DNA of 62,727 bases, the filler included. It is 12 parts of 12 records of this genome, joined end to end, with 100 filler letters (N's around TTAATTAATTAA, not from the genome) between each part and the next. Parts side by side here need not be neighbours in the genome. Positions count along the whole stretch, not along the records: positions 8,224 to 15,257 come from SRR11831586_1577; positions 15,358 to 23,347 come from SRR11831586_1579; positions 23,448 to 25,864 come from SRR11831586_1581; 9 more parts are not named here. One strand, written 5' to 3'. The position numbers were made by a program, and so were the translations under genes. Shown here piece after piece: positions 11,850-23,491 of the stretch. The notes beneath the pieces were generated by a model. It was not told the origin of the DNA, made no database searches, and was given only the letters and a program-made list of their open reading frames with translations. Position 1 is the first letter of the stretch, and each line of letters begins with the position of its first letter.

Positions 11850-11869
11850 TTATAAAGATTTGTAAATAT

Positions 11870-11905
11870 AACCGTCTCCGGTATGTTGCCTGAGGCGGTT
11901 TTTTT
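11870..11905 (+). terminator. Rho-independent terminator after pqiC
   Basis: AACCGTCTC...GAGGCGGTT stem followed by a T-run. Confidence 0.7.
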
Positions 11906-12104
11906 GTCTCTAACGTGCGGAAAAATTTGTTCCTCTTCACATTTTTTGTACAACCGACATGCCCGTGTAGCTCACAAATATGACAGTGGCGTGAATTTTG
12001 CGCATTGACGGCAGTTATGATTCGCGGTATTGCTTAACTGTGATTGCACATTTAGTAATCACTGTTTTCTTTTCCACCAGAAACCAGTATGAGGGAAACG
12101 AGGC

Positions 12105-12272
12105 ATGAAGAGACAAAAACGAGATCGCCTGGAACGGGCACATCAACGTGGTTATCAGGCCGGCATCGCCGGACGCTCAAAAGAAATGTGTCCCTATCAG
12201 ACGCTGAATCAAAGGTCACAATGGCTGGGAGGCTGGCGAGAAGCCATGGCGGACAGGGTAGTAATGGCCTGA
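12105..12272 (+). CDS. rmf: Ribosome modulation factor
   Basis: 55 aa MKRQKRDRLERAHQRGYQAG...WLGGWREAMADRVVMA with RBS GAGG. Missed by the ORF track. Confidence 0.97.
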   Translation: MKRQKRDRLERAHQRGYQAGIAGRSKEMCPYQTLNQRSQWLGGWREAMADRVVMA

Positions 12273-12284
12273 TTCTGTCTTTTT

Positions 12285-12321
12285 AAAAAGAAACCTCCGC
12301 ATTGCGGAGGTTTCGCCTTTT
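12285..12321. terminator. Bidirectional terminator between rmf and fabA
   Basis: GAAACCTCCGC-ATT-GCGGAGGTTTC flanked by an A-run and a T-run. Confidence 0.85.
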
Positions 12322-12341
12322 GATACTCTGTCTGATTATAA

Positions 12342-12860
12342 TCAGAAGGCAGACGTATCCTGGAACAGACCGACTTTCAGGTCGCTGGCGGTATAGATCA
12401 GACGACCATCAACCAGCACTTCGCCATCCGCCAGGCCCATAATCAGACGACGGTTAACAATGCGTTTAAAGTGAATACGGTAGGTCACTTTTTTCGCTGT
12501 CGGCAGTACCTGACCAGTGAATTTCACTTCGCCAACGCCCAGCGCGCGGCCTTTACCTTCGCCGCCCAGCCAGCCGAGGTAGAACCCTACCAGCTGCCAC
12601 ATTGCGTCCAGGCCCAGGCATCCCGGCATAACCGGATCGCCAATAAAGTGGCATCCGAAGAACCACAGATCCGGATTGATATCCAGTTCTGCTTCAACAT
12701 ACCCTTTGTCGAAGTTACCACCCGTTTCGGTCATTTTGACCACACGGTCCATCATCAGCATGTTCGGTGCTGGCAATTGCGGGCCTTTAGCGCCAAACAG
12801 TTCACCGCGACCAGAGGCAAGAAGGTCTTCTTTTGTATAGGATTCGCGTTTATCTACCAT
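12342..12860 (-). CDS. fabA: 3-hydroxydecanoyl-ACP dehydratase/isomerase
   Basis: 172 aa from [10 protein letters not shown], active site [17 protein letters not shown]. Confidence 0.98.
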
Positions 12861-12898
12861 GTTCTCTGTAAGCCTTATTTTATTGAAGCACGCAGGAT

Positions 12899-12934
12899 AG
12901 CTAACACGTGTACGCTGAACAAGTCCGATCAGTT
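12899..12934 (-). promoter_or_regulatory. fabA operators: FabR site (12899-12916) and FadR site (12918-12934)
   Basis: Minus strand reads AACTGATCGGACTTGTT (FadR consensus) then AGCGTACACGTGTTAGCT (FabR palindrome). Confidence 0.85.
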
Positions 12935-14689
12935 CGGAATAAACCAGTTCAGCCAACGTAATGGCCATGGAAAACGGTGACGTCCTTCCTGTTGCGATGC
13001 TTGCGCGATACGTTCCTGGATGGTTTGCATCAGCGTCGTTTGGCCTTCGCCATCCCACACCAGATTTAATAATAACGGCAGTGCGTCAGTCACATCGTCT
13101 ACTGCCCAGATGGTGAATTTGCCTTCTTCTACCGCTTTCACCAGTTCACTGTGAAGACTTAAATGGCGAACGTTAGCTGTGGGGATAATGACACCTTGTT
13201 TCCCGGTTAACTCACGTTGCTGGCAAATAGCAAAGAAGCCTTCGATTTTCTCATTTAAACCACCGACCGGCTGGGCGCGACCGAACTGATCGACTGAACC
13301 TGTGATAGCGATACTCTGATTCACCGGCACATCGGCGAGGGCGCTTATCAGGGCGCAGAGTTCAGCCATCGAGGCACTATCTCCATCAACTTCACTGTAT
13401 GACTGCTCAAATGTCAGCGATGCTGAGAAGGGGATCTGTTGCTCAAGCTGTAGTTCCGACATCAGGAACGCTTGCATGATCATCATCCCTTTCGCATGGA
13501 TATTGCCGCCAAGCTCCGCTTTGCGTTCGATGTCGGTGAATTCACCATCGCCAATATGCACAACGCAGCTAATGCGAGAAGGTTCGCCAAAAGCGCGTGG
13601 ATGACCCGGAAATTCAATGACCGAAAGGGCGTTAATTTGCCCGATGCGTTCGCCTTCGGTTTCAATCAGGATTTGCTCCTGAAGGATCTCATCCTGCATA
13701 CGTTCAGCGAGGAAACCTTCGCGCCATTCACGCTGCTGCAGCATTAAGTTTAGCTGCTCGCCGGAGAAGGTGTCGCCATCACACAGGGAGGCGACCTCTT
13801 TACACTGGCGGAGGATCCACTGCGGGCTAAGCGGAAGTGTTTCTTGTTCACCGGTGTAGCGTGCTGCTTCGCGGATAAGTATCGGCCAGGCATCCGCTCC
13901 CGGTGCAGGTAAGTGATTATGTCTGGCGGTAAATGTCACCCAGCGACACCACTGGGTTACTGACTCCGCATCGACAATCTGCAGAGTATCTTCAAATTCG
14001 CTATAAATAGCCTGCTCTGAAAGCTCTGGCTCCATCTCCTGGAAATCAGCCAATGATTCGCGTTCGCCTACCAGAATGACTTTCAGCTTCAATGGCATCG
14101 AAGGCACAGAGACGGGGAGAGGGCGCGACTCATCAAACGCAACCCAGTCAAAACGCTCGCGGTTAACGATATTTTTCAGCCGCATCCACAGCAGAGGTTG
14201 CGCCAGCAGTGTACGCAAAGAGATAATGAGAATACCGCCATTTGCCTGATGCACCAGACCAGGCTGCAGGGTAATGTCGCCATTAAACTGGCGCAGGCAG
14301 CCAAAGAGTTGCTCCGCTTCTACCCAGTCGGCAGCGACAACTTGCGTTAAAGTCGCAAAATTATCATCTGCACTCACTGCGTGACGTAAGCGGATGGAGT
14401 GGCCGGAAACCTCATAGTGACCGCCCACCAGTTGGCCTGCATCGCTTTGTAGCGTACGCGCGGCATTGGCAATAAGATTCAGATACTCAGACTCTTCCGG
14501 GGCCTTCGCCAGCATAAAAGAGGAGGATGCTCGCGTATGCAGCAACTGCTCCAGCGCAAATTGCAGCCGCGGTTGAGTATCACTGAATAAAGGATCGTTT
14601 TCGTCAATCAAATGTGGCTGAGCAAATATTTCCTGATAGCTATCGGTATCAGGAACCAGGTCACGCCATGCAAGTTTCGTAATGGTCAA
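12929..14689 (-). CDS. ycbZ: Lon protease family protein YcbZ
   Basis: 586 aa, S16 motif [10 protein letters not shown] and [12 protein letters not shown]. Confidence 0.95.
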
Positions 14690-14874
14690 AGTTGATGTTT
14701 TTTAGTCTGTTGTCAAAGCCGCGATTATACCGTAACCGGCACTACAGCACACGTAGAAAGCACCGACAATACTCCTGGCATGGGCGTTAAAGCTCACAGG
14801 ATGGAGATTCTTTTCTTCACTGGCCTAAAAAGCTGATATTCTGTAAAGAGTTACACGGTAACATTGAGATCGCT

Positions 14875-15257
14875 ATGAAATATCAACAACTTGAAAATCT
14901 TGAAAGCGGTTGGAAATGGAAGTATCTGGTTAAGAAGCATCGCGAAGGGGAGTTAATCACCCGTTACATAGAAGCCAGTGCCGCCCAGGAAGCCGTCGAT
15001 GTGTTGCTCTCGCTGGAAAATGAACCCGTGCTGGTAAATGGCTGGATTGACAAGCATATGAATCCGGAACTGGTCAATCGCATGAAGCAAACCATTCGGG
15101 CAAGACGAAAGCGCCATTTTAATGCGGAACACCAGCATACGCGCAAAAAATCGATCGATCTGGAATTTATTGTCTGGCAACGTCTGGCTGGTCTTGCGCA
15201 GCGTCGCGGTAAAACGCTTTCTGAAACGATTGTTCAGCTGATTGAAGATGCGGAAAA
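14875..15257 (+). CDS. matP: Ter macrodomain protein MatP (3'-truncated)
   Basis: [18 protein letters not shown]...[13 protein letters not shown]. Confidence 0.96.
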
Positions 15258-15357
15258 NNNNNNNNNNNNNNNNNNNNNNNNNNNNNNNNNNNNNNNNNNN
15301 NTTAATTAATTAANNNNNNNNNNNNNNNNNNNNNNNNNNNNNNNNNNNNNNNNNNNN

Positions 15358-15392
15358 GTAGGCCGGATAAGGCGTTTACGCCGCATCTGGCA
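15358..15392. repeat. REP (PU) element at contig start
   Basis: GTAGGCCGGATAAGGCGTTTACGCCGCATCTGGCA matches the E. coli REP consensus and explains the assembly break. Confidence 0.9.
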
Positions 15393-15408
15393 TAAACAAA
15401 GCGCACTG

Positions 15409-15435
15409 TTCCGGCGTTGAGAAACGCCGGAAAAC
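15409..15435. terminator. Hairpin downstream of ysaA, probable terminator
   Basis: TTCCGGCGTT-GAGA-AACGCCGGAA. Confidence 0.55.
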
Positions 15436-15438
15436 GTT

Positions 15439-15912
15439 TCAAACAGGCTGCTGCCGTAGCCGATGCCGCTGCACTTTCTCGACATCCATGCACTGCAACG
15501 CCTTTGTCGGGCAGGCTTCAACACAGGCCGGTCCCGTCTCCCGATGCCAGCACAGATCGCACTTAATCGCCCTCGCCTTTTTGCGCGAAGAAACGACCTC
15601 CATCGCACCAAACGGGCAAGCCAGCATACAGCTTTTACAGCCAATGCAACGTGTTTGTTCAACGAAAATATGCCCATGTTCGCGGCTTATCGCGTCAACA
15701 GGGCAGACATTCGCGCACGGTGCATCTTCACACTGATGACAGGCTACTGCCGTGGTCCAGCAGTGGTCTTTAATGACACGAATACGGGAAATAAACTCGT
15801 CTGGTGACAACGCAGCGCAATCCTGATTCTCATGATGCGACACTGCGCAAGCCACTTCACAGGTACGGCAACCGATACATTTCGTCGCATCCGCAATAAT
15901 AAACCGGTTCAT
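15439..15912 (-). CDS. ysaA: 4Fe-4S ferredoxin-type electron transport protein YsaA
   Basis: 157 aa with four CxxCxxC...CP clusters. Confidence 0.93.
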   Translation of the reverse strand: MNRFIIADATKCIGCRTCEVACAVSHHENQDCAALSPDEFISRIRVIKDHCWTTAVACHQCEDAPCANVCPVDAISREHGHIFVEQTRCIGCKSCMLACPFGAMEVVSSRKKARAIKCDLCWHRETGPACVEACPTKALQCMDVEKVQRHRLRQQPV

Positions 15913-16013
15913 GATCACTCCTTTGCACTAAAACAGCAGAGTGCCAGAGAGCGCGTCCCTACTGCTTTGATCCAACGAAGGAAATGTTAAAGTTTTGGCA
16001 CTTGTCCAAAGCG

Positions 16014-16863
16014 TTATGTGATCGCGCCCAGGTCATCCCTGACAGTAAATCCCAGTTCATTAGAAATAGCCTGCGCGGTTTCACGCAGTGGTTTCAGGAG
16101 ATTTTTCTCTCCCACCTGTTTCAGACGTGATGTCGAAAGCGAAATCGACACGGCGTACGGCACCCGCCCATGAATATCAAACACCGGAACAGCAATACAG
16201 GAGACGCCGAGTTCGTTTTCTTCTCTGTCCATCGCCGCTCCGCTTTCACGAATGTGCGCCAGTTCGTCGAACATCGCGGGCAGCTCGGTAATGGTATTGC
16301 GGGTTAACGGCTGGATCTCATGCTGATGGCTTTCCCAGTATGACTTCACGTAGTCCGGGTGACCAAACGCCATGTAGATCTTGCCCATTGCGGAACAGTA
16401 GAGCGGCATATGCTGGCCAATATAGGCACGGGTTCGCAGCATCCCGGTTGTGGGTTCCAGCTTATAAATCAAAATAGCGTGATCGTCTTCGCGGCTGGAG
16501 AAGTTAATGGTTTCACCAGTGGCGATGTTCAGTGCCTCAAGATGCGGAGCGGCGATATGAATGATATTCAGCGAAGACAGCGCCTTCTGCCCGACGGCAA
16601 TAAATTTGGTGGTCAGGCGATAACTCCCTGCGGCAGGCGCGGTGGTCACATAGCCGCAGGACTGTAATCCCTGCAATAAGCGATGGACGGTACTCTTATT
16701 TAAACCAGCCAGCTCCGAAAGATGCGCCAACGGACAACCGTTTGGATAGTTGCTCAAAATCTCAATCAGCATCAACCCGCGAAACAGACTCTGGCTTCCG
16801 GCTGGACGCTCTTTTTCCTGCGCCATCTCGTTCTCTTTTTTTCCCATTCACTTCTTTCCCCAT
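16014..16863 (-). CDS. yiaJ: IclR family repressor YiaJ/PlaR (apparent +1 error near the start)
   Basis: IclR HTH and effector domain. Upstream ATG 16863 (MGKEV) is out of frame by one extra base at about 16848 (span 850 nt). Confidence 0.93.
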
Positions 16864-16888
16864 TTTGTCGCGTCCTGATGGTAGCGCA

Positions 16889-16910
16889 AAGTGTGCCGTA
16901 GTTCACGATC
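16889..16910. promoter_or_regulatory. Probable CRP site in the yiaJ-yiaK divergent region
   Basis: TGTGC-N6-TCACG versus consensus TGTGA-N6-TCACA. Confidence 0.55.
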
Positions 16911-17063
16911 TCGACAGATAATTTATAACCAATTGATTTTTATGTCTTTTGAAATTCATCAATCAGATTGCCTTGTTAAAAAGTGATCGATATATTTGAA
17001 ATCAAGTTTCGCATATTGAAATTTTAAGCCAAAAAAGCGATCAAAAAAACAAGGAAGCCTGGG

Positions 17064-18062
17064 ATGAAAGTGACATTTGAGCAGTTAAAAGCAGCCTTTA
17101 ATCGGGTCTTAATTTCACGCGGCGTTGACAGCGAAACGGCTGACGCCTGTGCAGAGATGTTCGCCCGCACCACCGAATCCGGCGTTTATTCTCACGGCGT
17201 TAATCGTTTCCCTCGTTTCATTCAACAACTGGAAAACGGCGATATCATTCCTGATGCCCAACCCAAACGTATAACCAGCCTCGGCGCAATTGAACAGTGG
17301 GACGCCCAGCGTTCGATCGGTAACCTGACAGCGAAAAAGATGATGGATCGCGCCATTGAACTGGCTGCCGATCACGGTATTGGTCTGGTGGCACTACGTA
17401 ATGCCAACCACTGGATGCGCGGCGGCAGCTACGGCTGGCAGGCGGCGGAAAAAGGCTATATTGGCATTTGCTGGACCAACTCCATCGCCGTAATGCCGCC
17501 GTGGGGCGCAAAAGAGTGTCGCATAGGCACTAACCCGCTGATCGTCGCCATTCCTTCCACGCCGATCACCATGGTCGATATGTCGATGTCGATGTTCTCT
17601 TACGGCATGTTAGAAGTTAACCGTCTGGCAGGTCGTCAGCTCCCGGTCGATGGTGGCTTTGATGATGAGGGCAATTTGACCAAAGAACCTGGCGTTATCG
17701 AGAAGAATCGCCGCATTTTGCCGATGGGCTACTGGAAAGGTTCTGGCATGTCGATTGTGCTGGATATGATCGCTACTCTCCTTTCCGACGGCGCATCCGT
17801 TGCCGAAGTCACCCAGGACAACAGCGACGAATACGGCATTTCACAAATTTTTATTGCCATTGAAGTGGACAAGCTTATCGACGGTCCCACCCGCGATGCC
17901 AAGCTGCAACGCATCATGGATTACGTTACTAGTGCCGAGCGTGCTGACGAAAATCAGGCCATTCGCTTACCCGGCCATGAATTTACTACCCTGCTGGCCG
18001 AAAACCGCCGTAACGGCATCACTGTTGATGACAGCGTGTGGGCCAAAATCCAGGCGTTATGA
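17064..18062 (+). CDS. yiaK: 2,3-diketo-L-gulonate reductase
   Basis: 332 aa LDH2/MDH2 family, SHGVNRF and GYWKGSG. Confidence 0.96.
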
Positions 18063-18070
18063 GGAGATAA

Positions 18071-18541
<471 letters not shown>

Positions 18542-18658
18542 TCGAATAATCGTCTACGCCAGAACGCCTGGGTAATGTTATTGCTCTAACTATATTAATA
18601 ATTCAGGTTGCTGCACATGCGACTTGAATTATGACAGACATAGCCTCAAGGAATAGCT

Positions 18659-19132
18659 ATGAAAAAAATACTCGAAGCAATACTGGCGATTAATCTCGCT
18701 GTACTTTCCTGTATTGTATTTATAAACATTATTTTAAGATATGGTTTTCAGACAAGCATTTTATCTGTTGATGAATTGTCACGTTATTTATTTGTCTGGT
18801 TAACGTTTATTGGCGCGATTGTAGCTTTTATGGATAACGCCCACGTTCAGGTCACCTTTCTGGTGGAGAAACTCTCCCCCGCATGGCAGCGACGAGTCGC
18901 TCTGGTTACCCATTCCTTAATCTTATTTATTTGTGGCGCACTGGCCTGGGGCGCAACGCTAAAAACAATTCAGGACTGGAGCGATTATTCACCGATCCTC
19001 GGTTTACCCATCGGCCTGATGTATGCCGCTTGTCTGCCCACCAGCCTCGTTATCGCATTCTTTGAACTGCGTCATTTATATCAACTCATCACGCGTAGCA
19101 ATTCTCTAACGTCGCCACCGCAAGGAGCTTAA
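18659..19132 (+). CDS. yiaM: TRAP transporter small permease
   Basis: 157 aa, four TM segments, [10 protein letters not shown]. Confidence 0.95.
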
Positions 19133-19134
19133 TC

Positions 19135-20412
19135 ATGGCTGTGCTGATTTTTCTGGGCTGTCTGTTGGGTGGTATTGCTATCGGTTTGCCTATTGCCTGG
19201 GCACTGTTGTTGTGCGGGGCGGCGTTAATGTTCTGGCTGGACATGTTTGATGTCCAGATCATGGCACAAACGCTGGTGAACGGAGCCGATAGCTTCTCCC
19301 TGCTGGCGATTCCGTTCTTTGTGCTGGCGGGTGAAATCATGAATGCGGGCGGCTTGTCAAAACGCATTGTTGACCTGCCGATGAAACTGGTGGGGCATAA
19401 ACCAGGCGGGCTGGGCTACGTCGGCGTGCTGGCAGCTATGATTATGGCGAGCCTTTCTGGTTCTGCCGTTGCGGATACCGCCGCCGTTGCCGCTCTACTG
19501 GTGCCGATGATGCGCAGCGCCAACTATCCGGTCAACCGGGCGGCGGGGCTGATTGCCTCTGGCGGCATTATCGCGCCAATTATTCCCCCTTCCATTCCGT
19601 TTATTATCTTCGGCGTTTCCAGCGGATTATCCATCAGTAAGCTGTTTATGGCGGGCATTGCCCCTGGCATGATGATGGGCGCAACGCTGATGCTTACCTG
19701 GTGGTGGCAGGCCAGTCGCCTTAATTTACCCCGCCAGCAAAAAGCAACGATGCAGGAAATCTGGCACTCTTTTGTCTCCGGTATCTGGGCGCTGTTTCTT
19801 CCAGTCATCATTATTGGCGGGTTTCGCTCCGGCCTGTTTACCCCTACCGAAGCCGGGGCCGTTGCTGCTTTCTATGCGCTGTTTGTCGCCACAGTTATTT
19901 ACCGTGAAATGACCTTCGCCACACTTTGGCATGTACTCATTGGCGCGGCGAAAACCACCTCAGTGGTTATGTTTCTGGTGGCCTCGGCACAAGTTTCCGC
20001 CTGGCTGATTACCATTGCTGAACTGCCGATGATGGTTTCTGATTTACTGCAACCGTTGGTCGATTCACCGCGTCTGCTGTTTATCGTCATTATGGTGGCT
20101 ATCCTGATTGTCGGCATGGTCATGGATTTAACGCCGACGGTATTAATTCTTACCCCGGTATTAATGCCTTTAGTTAAAGAGGCAGGAATCGATCCGATTT
20201 ATTTCGGTGTCATGTTTATCATTAACTGCTCAATCGGCTTAATTACACCGCCTATCGGTAATGTACTTAACGTTATTTCAGGGGTGGCAAAACTCAAATT
20301 CGATGATGCAGTCAGAGGCGTTTTCCCTTACGTCCTGGTTTTATATTCATTATTAGTCGTATTTGTTTTTATTCCCGATCTCATCATCCTCCCTTTGAAA
20401 TGGATTAATTAA
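19135..20412 (+). CDS. yiaN: TRAP transporter large permease
   Basis: 425 aa DctM motifs LLAIPFF, SGSAVAD and GLITPPIG. Confidence 0.96.
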   Translation: MAVLIFLGCLLGGIAIGLPIAWALLLCGAALMFWLDMFDVQIMAQTLVNGADSFSLLAIPFFVLAGEIMNAGGLSKRIVDLPMKLVGHKPGGLGYVGVLAAMIMASLSGSAVADTAAVAALLVPMMRSANYPVNRAAGLIASGGIIAPIIPPSIPFIIFGVSSGLSISKLFMAGIAPGMMMGATLMLTWWWQASRLNLPRQQKATMQEIWHSFVSGIWALFLPVIIIGGFRSGLFTPTEAGAVAAFYALFVATVIYREMTFATLWHVLIGAAKTTSVVMFLVASAQVSAWLITIAELPMMVSDLLQPLVDSPRLLFIVIMVAILIVGMVMDLTPTVLILTPVLMPLVKEAGIDPIYFGVMFIINCSIGLITPPIGNVLNVISGVAKLKFDDAVRGVFPYVLVLYSLLVVFVFIPDLIILPLKWIN

Positions 20413-20424
20413 AAGGAAAATATT

Positions 20425-21411
20425 ATGAAATTACGCTCTGTAACCTACGCATTATTCATTGCTGGCCTGGCTGCATTCAGCACATCTTCTCTGGCGGCAC
20501 AATCTTTACGTTTCGGTTATGAAACATCACAAACCGACTCGCAACATATTGCGGCGAAAAAATTCAATGATTTATTGCAGGAGAGAACCAAAGGCGAGCT
20601 GAAATTAAAACTGTTCCCGGACAGCACTCTCGGTAACGCGCAGGCGATGATCAGCGGCGTACGTGGCGGCACCATCGATATGGAAATGTCCGGCTCGAAT
20701 AACTTTGCCGGGTTATCACCAGTGATGAACTTGCTTGATGTCCCTTTCCTGTTCCGCGATACCGCTCACGCGCATAAAACGCTCGACGGCAAAGTCGGTG
20801 ATGATCTGAAAGCCTCACTTGAAGGTAAAGGACTGAAAGTACTGGCCTACTGGGAAAACGGCTGGCGCGATGTCACCAACTCGCGCGCACCGGTTAAAAC
20901 CCCCGCCGACCTGAAAGGGCTGAAAATCCGCACCAACAATAGCCCGATGAATATCGCCGCATTCAAAGTCTTTGGCGCTAACCCGATCCCGATGCCGTTT
21001 GCCGAAGTCTATACCGGGCTGGAAACCCGCACTATCGACGCTCAGGAACACCCGATCAACGTCGTCTGGTCAGCAAAATTTTTCGAAGTGCAGAAGTTCC
21101 TTTCTCTGACGCACCACGCCTATTCCCCGCTTCTGGTGGTGATCAACAAAGCGAAGTTTGATGGCTTAAGTCCGGAGTTCCAGCAGGCGCTAGTTTCATC
21201 TGCACAAGAAGCGGGTAACTATCAGCGCAAACTGGTTGCTGAAGATCAGCAAAAAATCATCGACGGCATGAAAGAAGCGGGCGTGGAAGTCATCACCGAT
21301 CTCGACCGCAAAGCCTTTAGCGACGCACTGGGGAATCAGGTTCGCGACATGTTTGTTAAAGATGTGCCGCAGGGAGCTGATCTGCTGAAAGCCGTGGATG
21401 AGGTGCAATAA
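20425..21411 (+). CDS. yiaO: TRAP periplasmic binding protein
   Basis: 328 aa DctP family with signal peptide. Confidence 0.96.
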   Translation: MKLRSVTYALFIAGLAAFSTSSLAAQSLRFGYETSQTDSQHIAAKKFNDLLQERTKGELKLKLFPDSTLGNAQAMISGVRGGTIDMEMSGSNNFAGLSPVMNLLDVPFLFRDTAHAHKTLDGKVGDDLKASLEGKGLKVLAYWENGWRDVTNSRAPVKTPADLKGLKIRTNNSPMNIAAFKVFGANPIPMPFAEVYTGLETRTIDAQEHPINVVWSAKFFEVQKFLSLTHHAYSPLLVVINKAKFDGLSPEFQQALVSSAQEAGNYQRKLVAEDQQKIIDGMKEAGVEVITDLDRKAFSDALGNQVRDMFVKDVPQGADLLKAVDEVQ

Positions 21412-21414
21412 ACC

Positions 21415-22912
21415 ATGACGCAATACTGGCTGGGGTTAGATTGTGGCGGTAGCTGGCTGAAAGCCGGGCTGTATGACCGCGAAGGCCGGGAGGCAGGCGT
21501 GCAGCGCCTGCCGCTGTGCGCATTAAGCCCGCAGCCAGGCTGGGCAGAGCGCGATATGGCAGAACTGTGGCAATGCTGCATGGCTGTCATTCGCGCCCTG
21601 CTTACTCATTCTGGTGTTAGCGGGGAACAAATTGTCGGTATCGGCATCTCCGCACAGGGAAAGGGCTTGTTTTTGCTGGATAAAAACGACAAACCGCTCG
21701 GGAATGCTATTTTGTCCTCGGACCGCCGGGCGATGGAAATCGTTCGTCGCTGGCAGGAAGATGGCATCCCGGAAAAACTCTACCCGCTGACCCGACAAAC
21801 CTTGTGGACCGGGCATCCGGTGTCGCTGTTACGCTGGCTGAAAGAGCACGAACCAGAACGCTACGCGCAAATTGGCTGCGTGATGATGACGCACGACTAC
21901 CTGCGCTGGTGTTTAACTGGCGTCAAAGGCTGTGAAGAGAGCAATATTTCCGAGTCCAACCTCTACAACATGAGTCTTGGGGAATATGACCCGTGCCTCA
22001 CCGACTGGCTGGGGATCGCTGAAATCAATCACGCCCTGCCGCCTGTTGTCGGATCTGCCGAAATCTGCGGGGAGATCACCGCTCAGACAGCCGCCCTGAC
22101 CGGTCTGAAAGCGGGTACGCCCGTTGTTGGCGGCCTGTTTGATGTGGTTTCCACCGCACTCTGCGCCGGGATCGAAGACGAATTTACCCTCAATGCGGTG
22201 ATGGGGACCTGGGCGGTGACCAGCGGCATAACCCGCGGTTTACGTGACGGTGAAGCGCATCCGTATGTCTATGGTCGCTACGTTAACGATGGTGAATTTA
22301 TCGTTCACGAAGCCAGCCCTACCTCTTCCGGCAACCTCGAATGGTTTACCGCACAGTGGGGAGAAATCTCGTTTGATGAGATCAATCAGGCCGTTGCCAG
22401 CTTGCCGAAGGCTGGGGGCGATCTCTTTTTCCTGCCGTTCCTGTACGGCAGCAACGCCGGACTCGAGATGACCAGTGGTTTCTACGGGATGCAGGCCATT
22501 CACACCCGCGCGCACCTGTTGCAGGCCATCTATGAAGGGGTGGTGTTCAGCCATATGACCCACCTCAACCGAATGCGCGAACGTTTTACTGATGTTCACA
22601 CCCTACGCGTCACTGGCGGCCCGGCGCACTCCGATGTCTGGATGCAAATGCTGGCGGACGTCAGCGGTCTGCGTATCGAGCTGCCGCAGGTGGAAGAAAC
22701 CGGCTGCTTTGGTGCGGCCCTTGCCGCCCGCGTCGGCACCGGGGTTTATCACAACTTCAGCGAAGCCCAACGTGACTTGCGACACCCGGTGCGCACCCTG
22801 CTGCCAGATATGACCGCCCATCAGCTTTAACCAAAAAAAATATCAACGTTATCAGCATCTCATTGCCGCACTTCAGGGCTTTCACGCCCGCATTAAGGAG
22901 CACACATTATGA
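21415..22912 (+). CDS. lyxK: L-xylulose/3-keto-L-gulonate kinase (apparent +1 frameshift at about 22830)
   Basis: FGGY kinase. Removing one A from CTTTAACCAAAAAAAA restores ...HQLYQKKYQRYQHL...HTL-TGA overlapping the sgbH ATG (498 aa). Confidence 0.93.
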
Positions 22913-23347
22913 GCCGACCACTTCTGCAACTGGCCCTCGACCACTCATCACTTGAAGCCGCGCAGCGCGACGTGACGCTGTTAAAAGACAGCGTCGATAT
23001 CGTCGAAGCGGGCACCATTCTCTGTTTAAACGAAGGGCTTGGCGCGGTGAAAGCCTTGCGCGAACAGTGCCCGGACAAAATCATCGTTGCTGACTGGAAG
23101 GTCGCCGACGCTGGTGAAACGCTCGCGCAACAGGCGTTTGGCGCAGGCGCTAACTGGATGACCATCATCTGCGCCGCGCCGCTCGCGACGGTAGAAAAAG
23201 GCCACGCAATGGCACAACGCTGCGGGGGTGAAATTCAGATAGAGCTGTTCGGTAACTGGACGCTGGACGACGCCCGCGACTGGCATCGTATTGGCGTGCG
23301 GCAGGCCATTTATCATCGCGGTCGTGATGCACAGGCCAGCGGGCAAC
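22909..23347 (+). CDS. sgbH: 3-keto-L-gulonate-6-phosphate decarboxylase (3'-truncated)
   Basis: LLQLALD, VEAGTIL and ADWKVADAG motifs. Confidence 0.95.
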
Positions 23348-23491
23348 NNNNNNNNNNNNNNNNNNNNNNNNNNNNNNNNNNNNNNNNNNNNTTAATTAAT
23401 TAANNNNNNNNNNNNNNNNNNNNNNNNNNNNNNNNNNNNNNNNNNNNAACACACACACACACACACATGCACAAACCCCCAAGCCAGGGTA

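Noticed and set aside
12089-12286. 65-aa ORF from the ORF track at the rmf locus
   Set aside because: Wrong frame. The real gene is rmf at 12105-12272.
21415-22830. lyxK as a truncated pseudogene
   Set aside because: One extra A before an A8 run explains it, and the downstream frame is intact up to the sgbH overlap.
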